DNA of 32,000 nucleotides from Halomicronema hongdechloris C2206 (GTDB lineage: Bacteria; Cyanobacteriota; Cyanobacteriia; Phormidesmidales; Phormidesmidaceae), in NCBI RefSeq assembly GCF_002075285.3, contig NZ_CP021983.2, positions 2,550,001-2,582,000 of the forward strand, given 5' to 3'. This document shows positions 23,395-31,693 of this stretch, one piece after another; within the stretch, counting starts at the first letter, position 1, and every line of letters begins with the position of its first letter. The translations under genes and the position numbers were made by a program. The notes beneath the pieces are model-generated. The model did not search any database and was not told the origin of the DNA. It saw nothing but the letters and a program-made list of their open reading frames with translations.

Positions 23395-23853
23395 CTAATC
23401 ACAGCAGGCCCGTTGATCTTGGCTGGTGGTTAGATTCATGTCCGGCGTGGTGTCTGCAATGGTGACGACGAAAATTTCCCAACGGTTGCCATCGGGGTCG
23501 GTGACCCAGACTTTGTCTTGCAGGGCATAGCAGCAGTCGGTGTCGGGCTCTGCGAAGGTGATGAGTCCGGCGGTTTGGAAGCGGGAGATGGCCTCTCTTA
23601 CGGCCTCGCGACTATCGACCTGAATCCCTAGATGGGACAGGGTCCCTGGCGTTTCGATGGCCCTGAAGGGCCGGTCTCTGACCATCGCATCGCTGGCATT
23701 CAGGGCCAGGTTCAAGCCGGGATTGTCCAGGTCAAACTTGGCGTAATCAGCCTTATACTTCACGGGCTCCGTCCCCAACATGGCCCGGTAGAAGCTGACA
23801 GAGCGGTGCAGATCGGCCACATGCAGGGCCACATGGGTCTTGAGATTAGCCAT
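23395..23853 (-). CDS. ArsI/CadI-family VOC (glyoxalase-fold) metalloenzyme
   Basis: The start is set at MANLKTHVALHVADLHRSVSFYRAMLG, with AAGGAG upstream. Vicinal Cys appear in PDTDCCYALQDKVWVTDPDGNRWE (ArsI-type CCY motif). The C-terminus ends ACCD. Confidence 0.8.
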   Translation of the reverse strand: MANLKTHVALHVADLHRSVSFYRAMLGTEPVKYKADYAKFDLDNPGLNLALNASDAMVRDRPFRAIETPGTLSHLGIQVDSREAVREAISRFQTAGLITFAEPDTDCCYALQDKVWVTDPDGNRWEIFVVTIADTTPDMNLTTSQDQRACCD

Positions 23854-24043
23854 GGGAGACTCCTTTGGTATTTTCCTAAACATCGAAATAAACCACGTCA
23901 ACATCGGTAATCGTAGTCTCGATGAGACGTCAGTTGATTAGCTCAACTCCCTGTGTAGTCAAGGCTGTAGATTCAGCTATAGCTGTGCCAAAAACTCCAG
24001 GTTTCTAGATGGACGTGGTTTAAAGAGCAAAAAAATCATCGCG

Positions 24044-24430
24044 TCAGTCGCAGCAGCCAGAACTGCCCTCGGCCTCGCCCCAGTCTGATGGCCAGGCTGA
24101 TGGGTCGAAGGCAACCACCTGGTTGCGGGTGCAGCATTCTGCGAACAAGAAGTCGATCAGGGACTTTAACACCTGCGATCGCACCGCGTACCAAATCCAC
24201 TGCCGATCTTTCTTCGCCGTGACAATCCCCACCTGCCGCAGCTTATCTAGGTGGTGAGACAGGGTTGGGGCAGAAATCCCCAGCTCCTTTTGGATCTCGC
24301 CAGCCGGCAGTCCCTGGGGATAGGCCGAGAGTAATAACCGCACAATCCGTAGGCGCGAAGGTTGCCCCAAGGCGGCAAAGGTGGCGGCGATGCCGTCGAT
24401 GGAGGATGGAGATGAATGACTTGCTTCCAT
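24044..24430 (-). CDS. ArsR/SmtB-family metalloregulator
   Basis: FAALGQPSRLRIVRLLL...AGEIQKELGISAPTLSHHLDKLRQVGIV...WIWYAV is a winged HTH. The C-terminal tail ends GCCD. The ATG at 24430 is preferred over the GTG at 24454. Confidence 0.85.
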   Translation of the reverse strand: MEASHSSPSSIDGIAATFAALGQPSRLRIVRLLLSAYPQGLPAGEIQKELGISAPTLSHHLDKLRQVGIVTAKKDRQWIWYAVRSQVLKSLIDFLFAECCTRNQVVAFDPSAWPSDWGEAEGSSGCCD

Positions 24431-24557
24431 ATTTATATAATCATCAAAATACACGCAACCGTCAAGCCGCCGACGCCCAAATTTGATTCCGCATGGCCTC
24501 AGCTACCTGATGGAGACAATAGCGGCATAGCGCAGGAAACCCAGCCACAAGGCCTCC

Positions 24558-24824
24558 TTAAAAGCCGCCTTGCTTAGTGGGGGGTGAGTTGTCAAGATCT
24601 ATGCCAGCTCCCAATTGATGCAGGGCCGCCAAGATCTCATCCAGTAGTTCCTCTGACCCTTCGCCCATATTTTCCTCGGCTGCTACCTGTAGCTCCCGGG
24701 CATCGTATTCCCAACGGCGTAGAATCTCAACCTTCTGGGCATGGCTCAGATCTTGGGCATCGCATACGGCCCCTGGCGAGGCGAATACGCTGGCCGGATT
24801 AAACATAGCTCGGTCTAAATCCAT
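24558..24824 (-). CDS. Conserved hypothetical small acidic protein
   Basis: FNPASVFASPGAVCDAQDLSHAQKVEILRRWEYDARELQVAAEENMGEG...LDEILAALHQL resembles a widespread unnamed small-protein family. It lies on the same strand as the ArsR/ArsI pair, directly upstream. Confidence 0.6.
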   Translation of the reverse strand: MDLDRAMFNPASVFASPGAVCDAQDLSHAQKVEILRRWEYDARELQVAAEENMGEGSEELLDEILAALHQLGAGIDLDNSPPTKQGGF

Positions 24825-24964
24825 GGGGGATTGGTGTCTTAAATATCAATCTAGCCATCATATTCCTGAATCTTGTCTCCTATCCACCAAACGGCCCATG
24901 AGCCGTTTATAACTTTCGTGAGGTGACAAAGGCACCATAATCTCTAACGTCCCTTGGTCATAGG

Positions 24965-25105
24965 TCAATCGGCGACGTCATCATGGGCGCGGGTGGCCAT
25001 TCGTTGAACTCGCTCACCGTTAACTAACTCGTAGCGGTTGCCATCGTCTGGCAGGGTCTCCAGAAATTCCAGAAAGTTGAGCGGTGGCGCAATCGCTTGA
25101 GTCAT
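24965..25105 (-). pseudogene. Truncated Uma2/DUF820 N-terminal fragment
   Basis: MTQAIAPPLNFLEFLETLPDDGNRYELVNGERVQRMATRAHDDVAD then a stop. This is the Uma2 N-terminal pattern (..F..lp....ryELi.Ge.v.M.p....H) and only 46 aa long. A second Uma2-like piece (TYDQGTLEIMVPLSPHESYKRLMGRLVD) lies in another frame at ~24855-24965. Confidence 0.45.
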
Positions 25106-25926
25106 GGGACTGGTGGCAGCAGATTGAAGTATCTCTAGATCTATCAATCGAGACATGATTAGTTGCGGGAGCCGCAGCAATTCAGCCCCACGAAAACCTT
25201 TAATCACAGGAGTTTTGCAGCTTGACTTGAATTGGTGGACTAGATTTGGACTATTTTTGCCGCCATTTTTGGCAGCCATTCGCCCCCTGACTGAAGGGAG
25301 GCAGGTCGCCACAGGGAGACACCATTAGCAGTATAGAGTCGCAGCCCGTTCATGGCGAGACTCAGTCGTACTTAAGTGAGACTCATAATTTTACACGTAA
25401 GTCTAGCAATAAGACGTTGGTTAAGACGTTGGTGGTAGAGTTTTTCTGGCTATTCCAGCTCAAAAGATGCCCCGCATCTAAGGAGAATTCTGGGAAAGAA
25501 AATCCCTTGAGGAGGGGCGTAGGGCCTGCGCCCTTGGGTAACAGCCCATAAAATGGGTAATTTTGTTTCAAGAGATCTCCTAAGTATTGACCTCAGACGA
25601 TCTAGACTGCTACAGCCAGCCTTGAGAAGACCTTTGGCAATACCGTTAGAGGACATTTGAAAACTCGGCTGAAAGCATTGCAAGGCAATCGTTTTAAAGT
25701 TTATAGCTCTGTCAGCCGAAATCTAGTTTGGGGCAAGGTCGCAATATCCGCTTAACAAGATTGTTATCCCCCTGTTACGTTACTGACACAATTCTCTGGC
25801 ACAGTAGCAACCGTGTGTGGCACAGCTAATGCACACACCAGGGTGCCAATGAATAACCATTGAGGCGTCCTGATAGTGTGAATGGTCAACCATCACAGCG
25901 ATGACCCTAGCAATAGGAAGCTTTAT

Positions 25927-26427
25927 ATGTTACTGAGATCACTATTACTGACCGGTTCTCTACTGGCGTCTCTCGGGGCTGGAGCCTTACCTGTAGCCGC
26001 TCAAGCTCCGCCGCAACAGACGCCGCCGCAACAGGCACCGACACCCAGCCAGGCCGAGGTGTCTGCGGAGACCATTGATCAGTTTGTCGCGGCCTTTAAG
26101 CAGGTCCAGGCCATCCGAGAGTCTGCCCAAGCCGAGATGGCTGCTGCCGTGGAAGCAGAAGGACTCACCATTGAGGAATTCAATGCCATGGTTGAGGCCC
26201 AACAAGACCCGGATAGCCAGGCCTCAATGGATTTGAGTCAGCAAGACATTGAGCGCTTTATGGCAGCTGCCGATCAAGTCTCAACCATTCAACAGGAAGC
26301 CCAAGGCGAAATTGAGGCAGCTATCCAGGAGGAAGGGCTCGCCGTCGAAGAATTCAGTCAAATCATGGCCTTGGCTCAACAGGATCCGGAACTGCGTGAG
26401 GCAATTAATCAGCGCCTGAATGAATAG
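25927..26427 (+). CDS. DUF4168-domain secreted protein (two internal repeats)
   Basis: Signal peptide MLLRSLLLTGSLLASLGAGALPVAAQA, then a duplicated module (ETIDQFVAAFKQVQAIRESAQAEMAAAVEAEGLTIEEFNAM and QDIERFMAAADQVSTIQQEAQGEIEAAIQEEGLAVEEFSQI). AGGAAG lies upstream of ATG 25927. The ORF could extend to 25882. Confidence 0.75.
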   Translation: MLLRSLLLTGSLLASLGAGALPVAAQAPPQQTPPQQAPTPSQAEVSAETIDQFVAAFKQVQAIRESAQAEMAAAVEAEGLTIEEFNAMVEAQQDPDSQASMDLSQQDIERFMAAADQVSTIQQEAQGEIEAAIQEEGLAVEEFSQIMALAQQDPELREAINQRLNE

Positions 26428-26472
26428 GGCTATATATCTAAGGGGCCTGCAATCGCTTTAAGACCAGAGTTG

Positions 26473-26528
26473 ATCACAGCAAGACTCATTATGCTACACT
26501 TGAGTCTTGCTGTGATACGAGCAAGACT
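26473..26528. promoter_or_regulatory. 16-bp perfect inverted repeat plus a third GCAAGACT half-site immediately upstream of the HTH gene
   Basis: atcacagcaagactca(26473-26488), a 12-nt loop, then tgagtcttgctgtgat(26501-26516). GCAAGACT occurs at 26479, at 26503 (reverse complement) and at 26521. It could also terminate the DUF4168 gene. Confidence 0.4.
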
Positions 26529-26536
26529 TGATTGAA

Positions 26537-26887
26537 ATGGTTAGCATGGCTTCGCCTCTGCCTGATGATGCCCCTTTGTTGTCTGTAGAAGAAGTACAGC
26601 GTCATCTTAAGCGCTCCCGCGCGTCCATTTACCGCTATGCCAACACTGATCCTAAGGTCTTAAACCCGCCTTACGACGCCAATCGACTCAACCCAGAGGT
26701 GCGCACTGATCGGGACCAGCCCCTGCTCTTTCATCCCAAAGAAGTCCGTCGCTTTGCTCGAGACGTGTTGGGGCTGGCACCGGTGATTCAGGTGCAGCCA
26801 GGGGAAGAAACCATCACCCAAGAGCTGTTGCGGGCTATCCTGGCGGAATTACAGGCCATCCGCGAGCATTTGCAATCCCAGGTCTAA
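26537..26887 (+). CDS. Helix-turn-helix (MerR/excisionase-like) small DNA-binding protein
   Basis: LLSVEEVQRHLKRSRASIYRYAN is a typical HTH_17-like N-terminal motif. The start is ambiguous (TTG 26528, ATG 26537 or ATG 26546). Confidence 0.6.
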   Translation: MVSMASPLPDDAPLLSVEEVQRHLKRSRASIYRYANTDPKVLNPPYDANRLNPEVRTDRDQPLLFHPKEVRRFARDVLGLAPVIQVQPGEETITQELLRAILAELQAIREHLQSQV

Positions 26888-27047
26888 CCACACTGGATGG
26901 TTCGGTAATTCACTATGCCCGTGTCTACAGTAGATGCTATCGTTGGGGAAAACTGGCTTTGATTACGACTCGAGTAAACTTATGTGCCCTTGTGGTTTAG
27001 GAAACAGTTCCTGTGGATATAGGGTCTACAATGACCTGCATAGGTTA

Positions 27048-27097
27048 GATGATTGAGCGCTGCAAAGACTCCTGTTCCCTAAGTCTTCTCAATCATC
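27048..27097. other. 50-nt compound hairpin
   Basis: Outer arms gatgattgag(27048-27057)/ctcaatcatc(27088-27097) and inner arms aagact/agtctt. Function unknown. Confidence 0.3.
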
Positions 27098-27130
27098 TGG
27101 TTTGCCATTCTGACTTTTTGATCCCTCTGT

Positions 27131-27310
27131 ATGCATTCCGCAAGTCAATCCGATATTCCTCCTGAGGAACCTCCGAGTCGGTTAGGTCATCTTGTTGGTG
27201 TCGTTGTTGCTCTCGTGACATTGGTTCTTCCTGTGGTTGCGATCGCATATTTTTCGTCTACTCCCATAGCGCCAACGTCTTATCCACCCCTATCTCGCTC
27301 TCCAGATTAA
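27131..27310 (+). CDS. Possible 59-aa single-pass membrane protein (below the ORF-track cutoff)
   Basis: ATG 27131 to TAA 27308-27310. The product is [59 protein letters not shown], with one clear TM helix. No RBS or homology support. Confidence 0.25.
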   Translation: MHSASQSDIPPEEPPSRLGHLVGVVVALVTLVLPVVAIAYFSSTPIAPTSYPPLSRSPD

Positions 27311-27447
27311 TAAGATTATCTGAAGCCTGGAAACTACCTGGGGGCGGAGGGACGTCTTCTTCTAAAATGCCTAAGGGCACCTTGGGCCTTGGGCAGACGG
27401 ACTCTGCCCAAGGTGTCTGGAAGTGTTGGTTCAGTTGGAGAAGCGCT

Positions 27448-27957
27448 GTGGACTTATCTCGTATTCCGGCTCAGCCAGAGTCTGGGCTTGTCAATGTACT
27501 GATTGAGATTCCGGCGAAGAGCAAGAACAAATACGAATTTGACAAGGATCTCAATGCGTTTATCTTGGACAGAGTTCTCTTCTCGTCCGTGCAGTATCCC
27601 TACGACTACGGCTTTATTCCCAACACCTTAGCCGATGATGGCGATCCCCTAGATGGCATGGTGCTTATGGATCAGCCGACCTTCCCTGGGTGTGTGATCG
27701 CGGCTCGGCCCATCGGCATGTTAGAGATGATCGACGATGGCGACCGGGATGAAAAACTCCTCTGCGTTCCGGCAGAGGATCCCCGCTACAGCCATGTCAA
27801 ATCTCTCCAGGATGTGGCTCCTCACCGCCTCGACGAGATTGCCGAATTTTTCCGCACATACAAGAACCTCGAGAAGAAAGTAACCGAAATTCTCGGCTGG
27901 AAAGATGTCGATAGCGTGACGGCTCTCGTCAATCAGTGCATTGCGGCTAGTAAATAG
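27448..27957 (+). CDS. ppa: Inorganic pyrophosphatase
   Basis: (V)[33 protein letters not shown]...[24 protein letters not shown]...DEKLLCVP is a family I PPase. The GTG at 27448 matches the usual cyanobacterial [11 protein letters not shown]-terminus. The ORF-track ATG at 27367 would add an atypical extension. Confidence 0.9.
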   Translation: MDLSRIPAQPESGLVNVLIEIPAKSKNKYEFDKDLNAFILDRVLFSSVQYPYDYGFIPNTLADDGDPLDGMVLMDQPTFPGCVIAARPIGMLEMIDDGDRDEKLLCVPAEDPRYSHVKSLQDVAPHRLDEIAEFFRTYKNLEKKVTEILGWKDVDSVTALVNQCIAASK

Positions 27958-28222
27958 TACACATTTACAGCTAGAATAGTCGGCTTAGGAACGGGAGCTG
28001 TCCTTTACCGGGTGTCAATTTACCATGTCAGGTACTCTCAAGGTATGAGGTGCATCGCCTGCGATGGCTTGGCTTAATCTGGGAGTACCTCTTATTCTTT
28101 TGTGGGTTAAGGGTATAAACTGTCCCGACCAACCAGAGCGTGCTTGAATATACAGGGTATAGGGTCTGTTAACTATGGTAGTGCCTCTGGAGTAACCACA
28201 ACTCCACCAGGTTGAGACTGAC

Positions 28223-29116
28223 ATGCCAGAGACCGATTCGTCGTCATCCGACGTCATTTTTCAACTCAATTCCTCAGATCACATTTCCCACGAAACCTTT
28301 ACGGTACAGTTCTGGGGAGTGCGGGGCAGTGTTCCGGCGCCAGGGGCAGAAACCATCCGCTATGGGGGAAACACGGCCTGTGTTGAAGTCCTTGTAGGTG
28401 GCCAACGACTCATTTTGGATGGCGGCACCGGTCTGCGTACTCTGGGAAAGCATCTGCTGCGTCACCAAGACAGTATTAAAGCCCACTTATTCTTTACCCA
28501 TACCCATTGGGATCGGATTCAGGGATTTCCATTCTTCTTCCCAGCCTTTGCTGAAGAGAATTGCTTCCATATTTATGGGGCCCCAGCCCCAAACGGGGCC
28601 TCTATCAAGCAATGCCTGACCGATCAAATGTTACGTCCCAATTTCACGATTCCCCTACAAAAGATGCGATCGCATCTACACTTTCATAACATTTCAGCCG
28701 GCAATGTCATTCCCCTCGGCGACGTATTAGTAGAGACCATTGCCCTCAACCACCAAACCAGTTCCCTGGGGTTTCGTATTAGTTGGCAGGGATACACTTT
28801 GGTCTACGCCACCGACACTGACCATTCCCACGACAGCGTCGATCCCAACCTGCTCTATCTCGCCAATGAAGCCGATGTTCTGATTTACGACGGCACCTAT
28901 GCCGATACCTACTACCACGATTTAAATTGTAGTGGCGCTGTTCCCTGGCAACTGGGAGTCGATGCCGCCAGAGCAGCTAATGTAGGCAAGTTGATTATGT
29001 TTCACCACAATCCCTGCCACGACGACAATCAGCTGGATCAGCTAGAAGCCGAAATTCGTTCCCAGTTCCAGGCAACCTACCTAGCTCGCGAGGGCATGGT
29101 TGTCAAAATTGCCTGA
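28223..29116 (+). CDS. MBL-fold metallo-hydrolase
   Basis: FWGVRGSVPAPG...YGGNTACVEV...LILDGGTG...FFTHTHWDRIQGFPFF (HxHxDH-type motif) ...MFHHNP. Confidence 0.85.
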   Translation: MPETDSSSSDVIFQLNSSDHISHETFTVQFWGVRGSVPAPGAETIRYGGNTACVEVLVGGQRLILDGGTGLRTLGKHLLRHQDSIKAHLFFTHTHWDRIQGFPFFFPAFAEENCFHIYGAPAPNGASIKQCLTDQMLRPNFTIPLQKMRSHLHFHNISAGNVIPLGDVLVETIALNHQTSSLGFRISWQGYTLVYATDTDHSHDSVDPNLLYLANEADVLIYDGTYADTYYHDLNCSGAVPWQLGVDAARAANVGKLIMFHHNPCHDDNQLDQLEAEIRSQFQATYLAREGMVVKIA

Positions 29117-29268
29117 GCCACTACTCTATGGGCCGCCAACGCACTGCAATTCCTGACGCGGCCAATCTCCATTAAAACCTACGCCAGCACTGCGATAGAA
29201 TATTTAGTCACAAAGTACACCCTTTGGCAAAACAGGCACATCGAAAATTCGCGATATACCATTAATAT

Positions 29269-29571
29269 ATGGACACCAAAGATATTTTCAAGGTGCTAGC
29301 CAATGACACTCGCCTGCGAATTTTGCAATGGCTCAAGGATCCCAAGGCCCATTTTCCCAATGCCGAGAACGGCGTCAATGAAACTGAGGGAGTCTGTGTA
29401 GGTTTGATTCAGAAGAAATCGGGCTTGGCCCAGTCCACGATTTCCCACTATCTCGTTATGCTAGAAGAGGCTGGACTAGTTAAATCTACCCGCCAAGGCC
29501 AGCATACCTACTATCGTCGCAATAACACCGCCCTAGCAGACTTGGCCCATCTGGTAGCTGACGAACTTTAG
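29269..29571 (+). CDS. ArsR/SmtB-family winged-HTH transcriptional regulator
   Basis: FKVLANDTRLRILQWL...LIQKKSGLAQSTISHYLVMLEEAGLVKSTRQGQHTYY. Confidence 0.85.
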   Translation: MDTKDIFKVLANDTRLRILQWLKDPKAHFPNAENGVNETEGVCVGLIQKKSGLAQSTISHYLVMLEEAGLVKSTRQGQHTYYRRNNTALADLAHLVADEL

Positions 29572-29703
29572 TTAAGCCACCATAGAAGCCTAGATATATA
29601 AGACTGTGCCTTTTTATATCGATTCTCCTCGATATCTCTAACAAATCGAGGTTGGCGGCTTTTTGCTCTCCCTATCTGCCATCTCCACCCACGGAGGAGT
29701 GCT

Positions 29704-29919
29704 ATGGTCATTGCTCACTTAATCCTGATTGCCCTGGGGCTTGCCGTCATCTGGTTGGGCGTCAAAATTGCCGAAGAGGTCTATCAGATTGCCTTGATTT
29801 CTACGGGGGCTATTGCCTTTGCCTGGGGCTTTGCCATCGCTCCAGAAGAATTGCAAATGACCGTTGAAGCCCTTTCCGTCGGAGGCATCATGGGCTGGCG
29901 TTGGCGGAATCGGCGCTAG
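29704..29919 (+). CDS. Hypothetical small two-TM membrane protein
   Basis: MVIAHLILIALGLAVIWLGVKIAEE...ALISTGAIAFAWGFAIAP has two hydrophobic helices. It is preferred over the overlapping Cys/Arg-rich ORF 29652-29867. Confidence 0.45.
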   Translation: MVIAHLILIALGLAVIWLGVKIAEEVYQIALISTGAIAFAWGFAIAPEELQMTVEALSVGGIMGWRWRNRR

Positions 29920-30020
29920 GGGGCTAATTGACAGGGCAATGGCATCAGGTGATACAAATAGGCAGATTATTGATCCCGCACCATAGGCGAGATCGACTTA
30001 CCTGCCGCTAGACACCTGCC

Positions 30021-31685
30021 ATGTTCCCATCGGTTTCTCGTTTGTGTCGTGCCTGCTCCCGTCGCCAGTGGCGTCTGATTGCCCAGGGCATTGGGCTGTT
30101 CAGTCTGTGTATGGCTCTGATCGTAGCCTGTGGTGGACCGACTCCCGAGTCCAGTTCACCAGGGGAATCAGGGGCTTCTGACGGTCGCATTTCCATGGGC
30201 ACTACCCTGCAGGCTCGCACCTTAGACCCAGCCGATGCCTATGAGATTTTTCCGGGAATTTTGCTCTACAACTTAGGCGATCGCCTCTATACCTATGCTC
30301 CCGGCACCACAGACCTGGTGCCCCAATTGGCGACGGCCATGCCCACCATCAGTGAGGATGGTCTCACCTACACGATTCCCCTGCGAGAGGATGTGGTGCT
30401 CCACGACGGCACCCTGTTCACCGCCGAGGTCATGGCCTTCTCGATTCAACGCTTCATGGAAAATGGTGGCCGTCCCGCCTTTCTGTTGGCGGAAAAAATT
30501 GAGTCAGTGGAAGCCAGCGATGACTATGAACTGACCATTACCCTACAGGCCCCCTTTGCGGCCTTTCCGGCCCTATTGACCTTTTGGGGCGTTACGCCAG
30601 TGCCCCCCGATAGCTACGCCATCGAGCCTGGCAGCTTCCAGCCCGATAGCTTCATTGGCTCCGGACCTTACAAACTGGCGGCATTCTCTAGCGATGTGAT
30701 TCAACTGGATGTCAATCCGGATTACTGGGGGGAGCCGCCGGCCAACCCAGGCGTCGATATTCAAATTTTCAGCAGTCCCGCCAATCTCTACAACACCTTC
30801 CGGACCGGGGGAGTGGATGTGGCCTATCAAACGCTGGATCCAGAGCAGATTGCCAGTCTGGAGCAAGAGGCTGCCTCAGGAGGGTGGCAGGTGATCGAGG
30901 CGGGGACCACGGTGATCAACTACATGAGTGTGAACCAAAAGATCGAGCCTTTCGATGATGGGCGGGTACGCCAAGCCATGGCAGCCATGATCGATCGGCC
31001 CTTGATCAATCAGCGGGTGTTTCAAGGCCAGGCGGAGCCTCTCTACAGCCTGATTCCCACCAGCTTTGAGGTCTATGAGCCGGTCTTTGAGGATGCCTAT
31101 GGTGATGGGAACTTTGACTTGGCGGAAGAGTTGCTGCGGGACGCGGGTTTTTCTGAGGCGGCCCCCTTTACCTTTGAGATCTGGTATCCCTCGGCCTCTA
31201 CCCCCCGCAGCATCGTCGCCAATACTCTAAAAGAGTCCATTGAGCAGGCCCTGCCGGGGTTGGTGACAGTCAATGTGCAGACGGCAGAGAGTGCTACCCT
31301 CTGGGAGAACGTAGACAAAGGAGTCTATCCCACGGTGTTGGCCAACTGGTACCCCGATTATTACGATGCCGATACCTTCATTCAGCCCTTCATGAGTTGT
31401 GATCAGGGCTCGCCAGAGACCCTATGTGAGCAGGGGGCCAGCCAAGGGACCGGATCCTTCTATTACAGTGAGCCGGCCAATGAGTTAATCGCGCAGCAGC
31501 GGGCCGAGTCTGACCCAGAGGCGCGGCAGGCCATCTTCCGAGAGCTGCAGCAATTGCTGGCAGAGGATGTGCCCTATATTCCCCTGTGGCAAAACAAGGA
31601 CTATGTCTTTGCCCAAGCCGGGGTGGACGGCGTTGCGATTCAGCCGACGCAGCAGTTTTTGCTGGGGCTGATCTCTAAGGAGTAG
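30021..31685 (+). CDS. ABC transporter substrate-binding lipoprotein, family 5 (peptide/nickel/opine type)
   Basis: Lipobox LIVAC followed by a Ser/Gly/Pro linker. The SBP_bac_5 pattern is present (LDPADAYE...GSGPYKL...NPDYWG...) and the size is ~550 aa. Confidence 0.9.
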   Translation: MFPSVSRLCRACSRRQWRLIAQGIGLFSLCMALIVACGGPTPESSSPGESGASDGRISMGTTLQARTLDPADAYEIFPGILLYNLGDRLYTYAPGTTDLVPQLATAMPTISEDGLTYTIPLREDVVLHDGTLFTAEVMAFSIQRFMENGGRPAFLLAEKIESVEASDDYELTITLQAPFAAFPALLTFWGVTPVPPDSYAIEPGSFQPDSFIGSGPYKLAAFSSDVIQLDVNPDYWGEPPANPGVDIQIFSSPANLYNTFRTGGVDVAYQTLDPEQIASLEQEAASGGWQVIEAGTTVINYMSVNQKIEPFDDGRVRQAMAAMIDRPLINQRVFQGQAEPLYSLIPTSFEVYEPVFEDAYGDGNFDLAEELLRDAGFSEAAPFTFEIWYPSASTPRSIVANTLKESIEQALPGLVTVNVQTAESATLWENVDKGVYPTVLANWYPDYYDADTFIQPFMSCDQGSPETLCEQGASQGTGSFYYSEPANELIAQQRAESDPEARQAIFRELQQLLAEDVPYIPLWQNKDYVFAQAGVDGVAIQPTQQFLLGLISKE

Positions 31686-31693
31686 CGATTCCT

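Noticed and set aside
25383-25683. Minus-strand ORFs 25383-25571 and 25450-25683 in the gap upstream of the DUF4168 gene.
   Set aside because: They overlap each other, and I see no RBS or recognisable motif. The region is treated as intergenic. It contains only minor features: a 12-bp tandem taagacgttggt x2 at ~25410-25433, and a gtgtgtg/cacacac hairpin near 25815-25840.
28015-28257. Minus-strand 80-aa ORF between ppa and the MBL-fold gene. Also the nested ORFs at 28212-28397, 28274-28486, 28398-28619 and 28727-28918.
   Set aside because: None has a family resemblance. The minus-strand ORF overlaps the start of the well-supported MBL-fold CDS, and the others are nested inside it.
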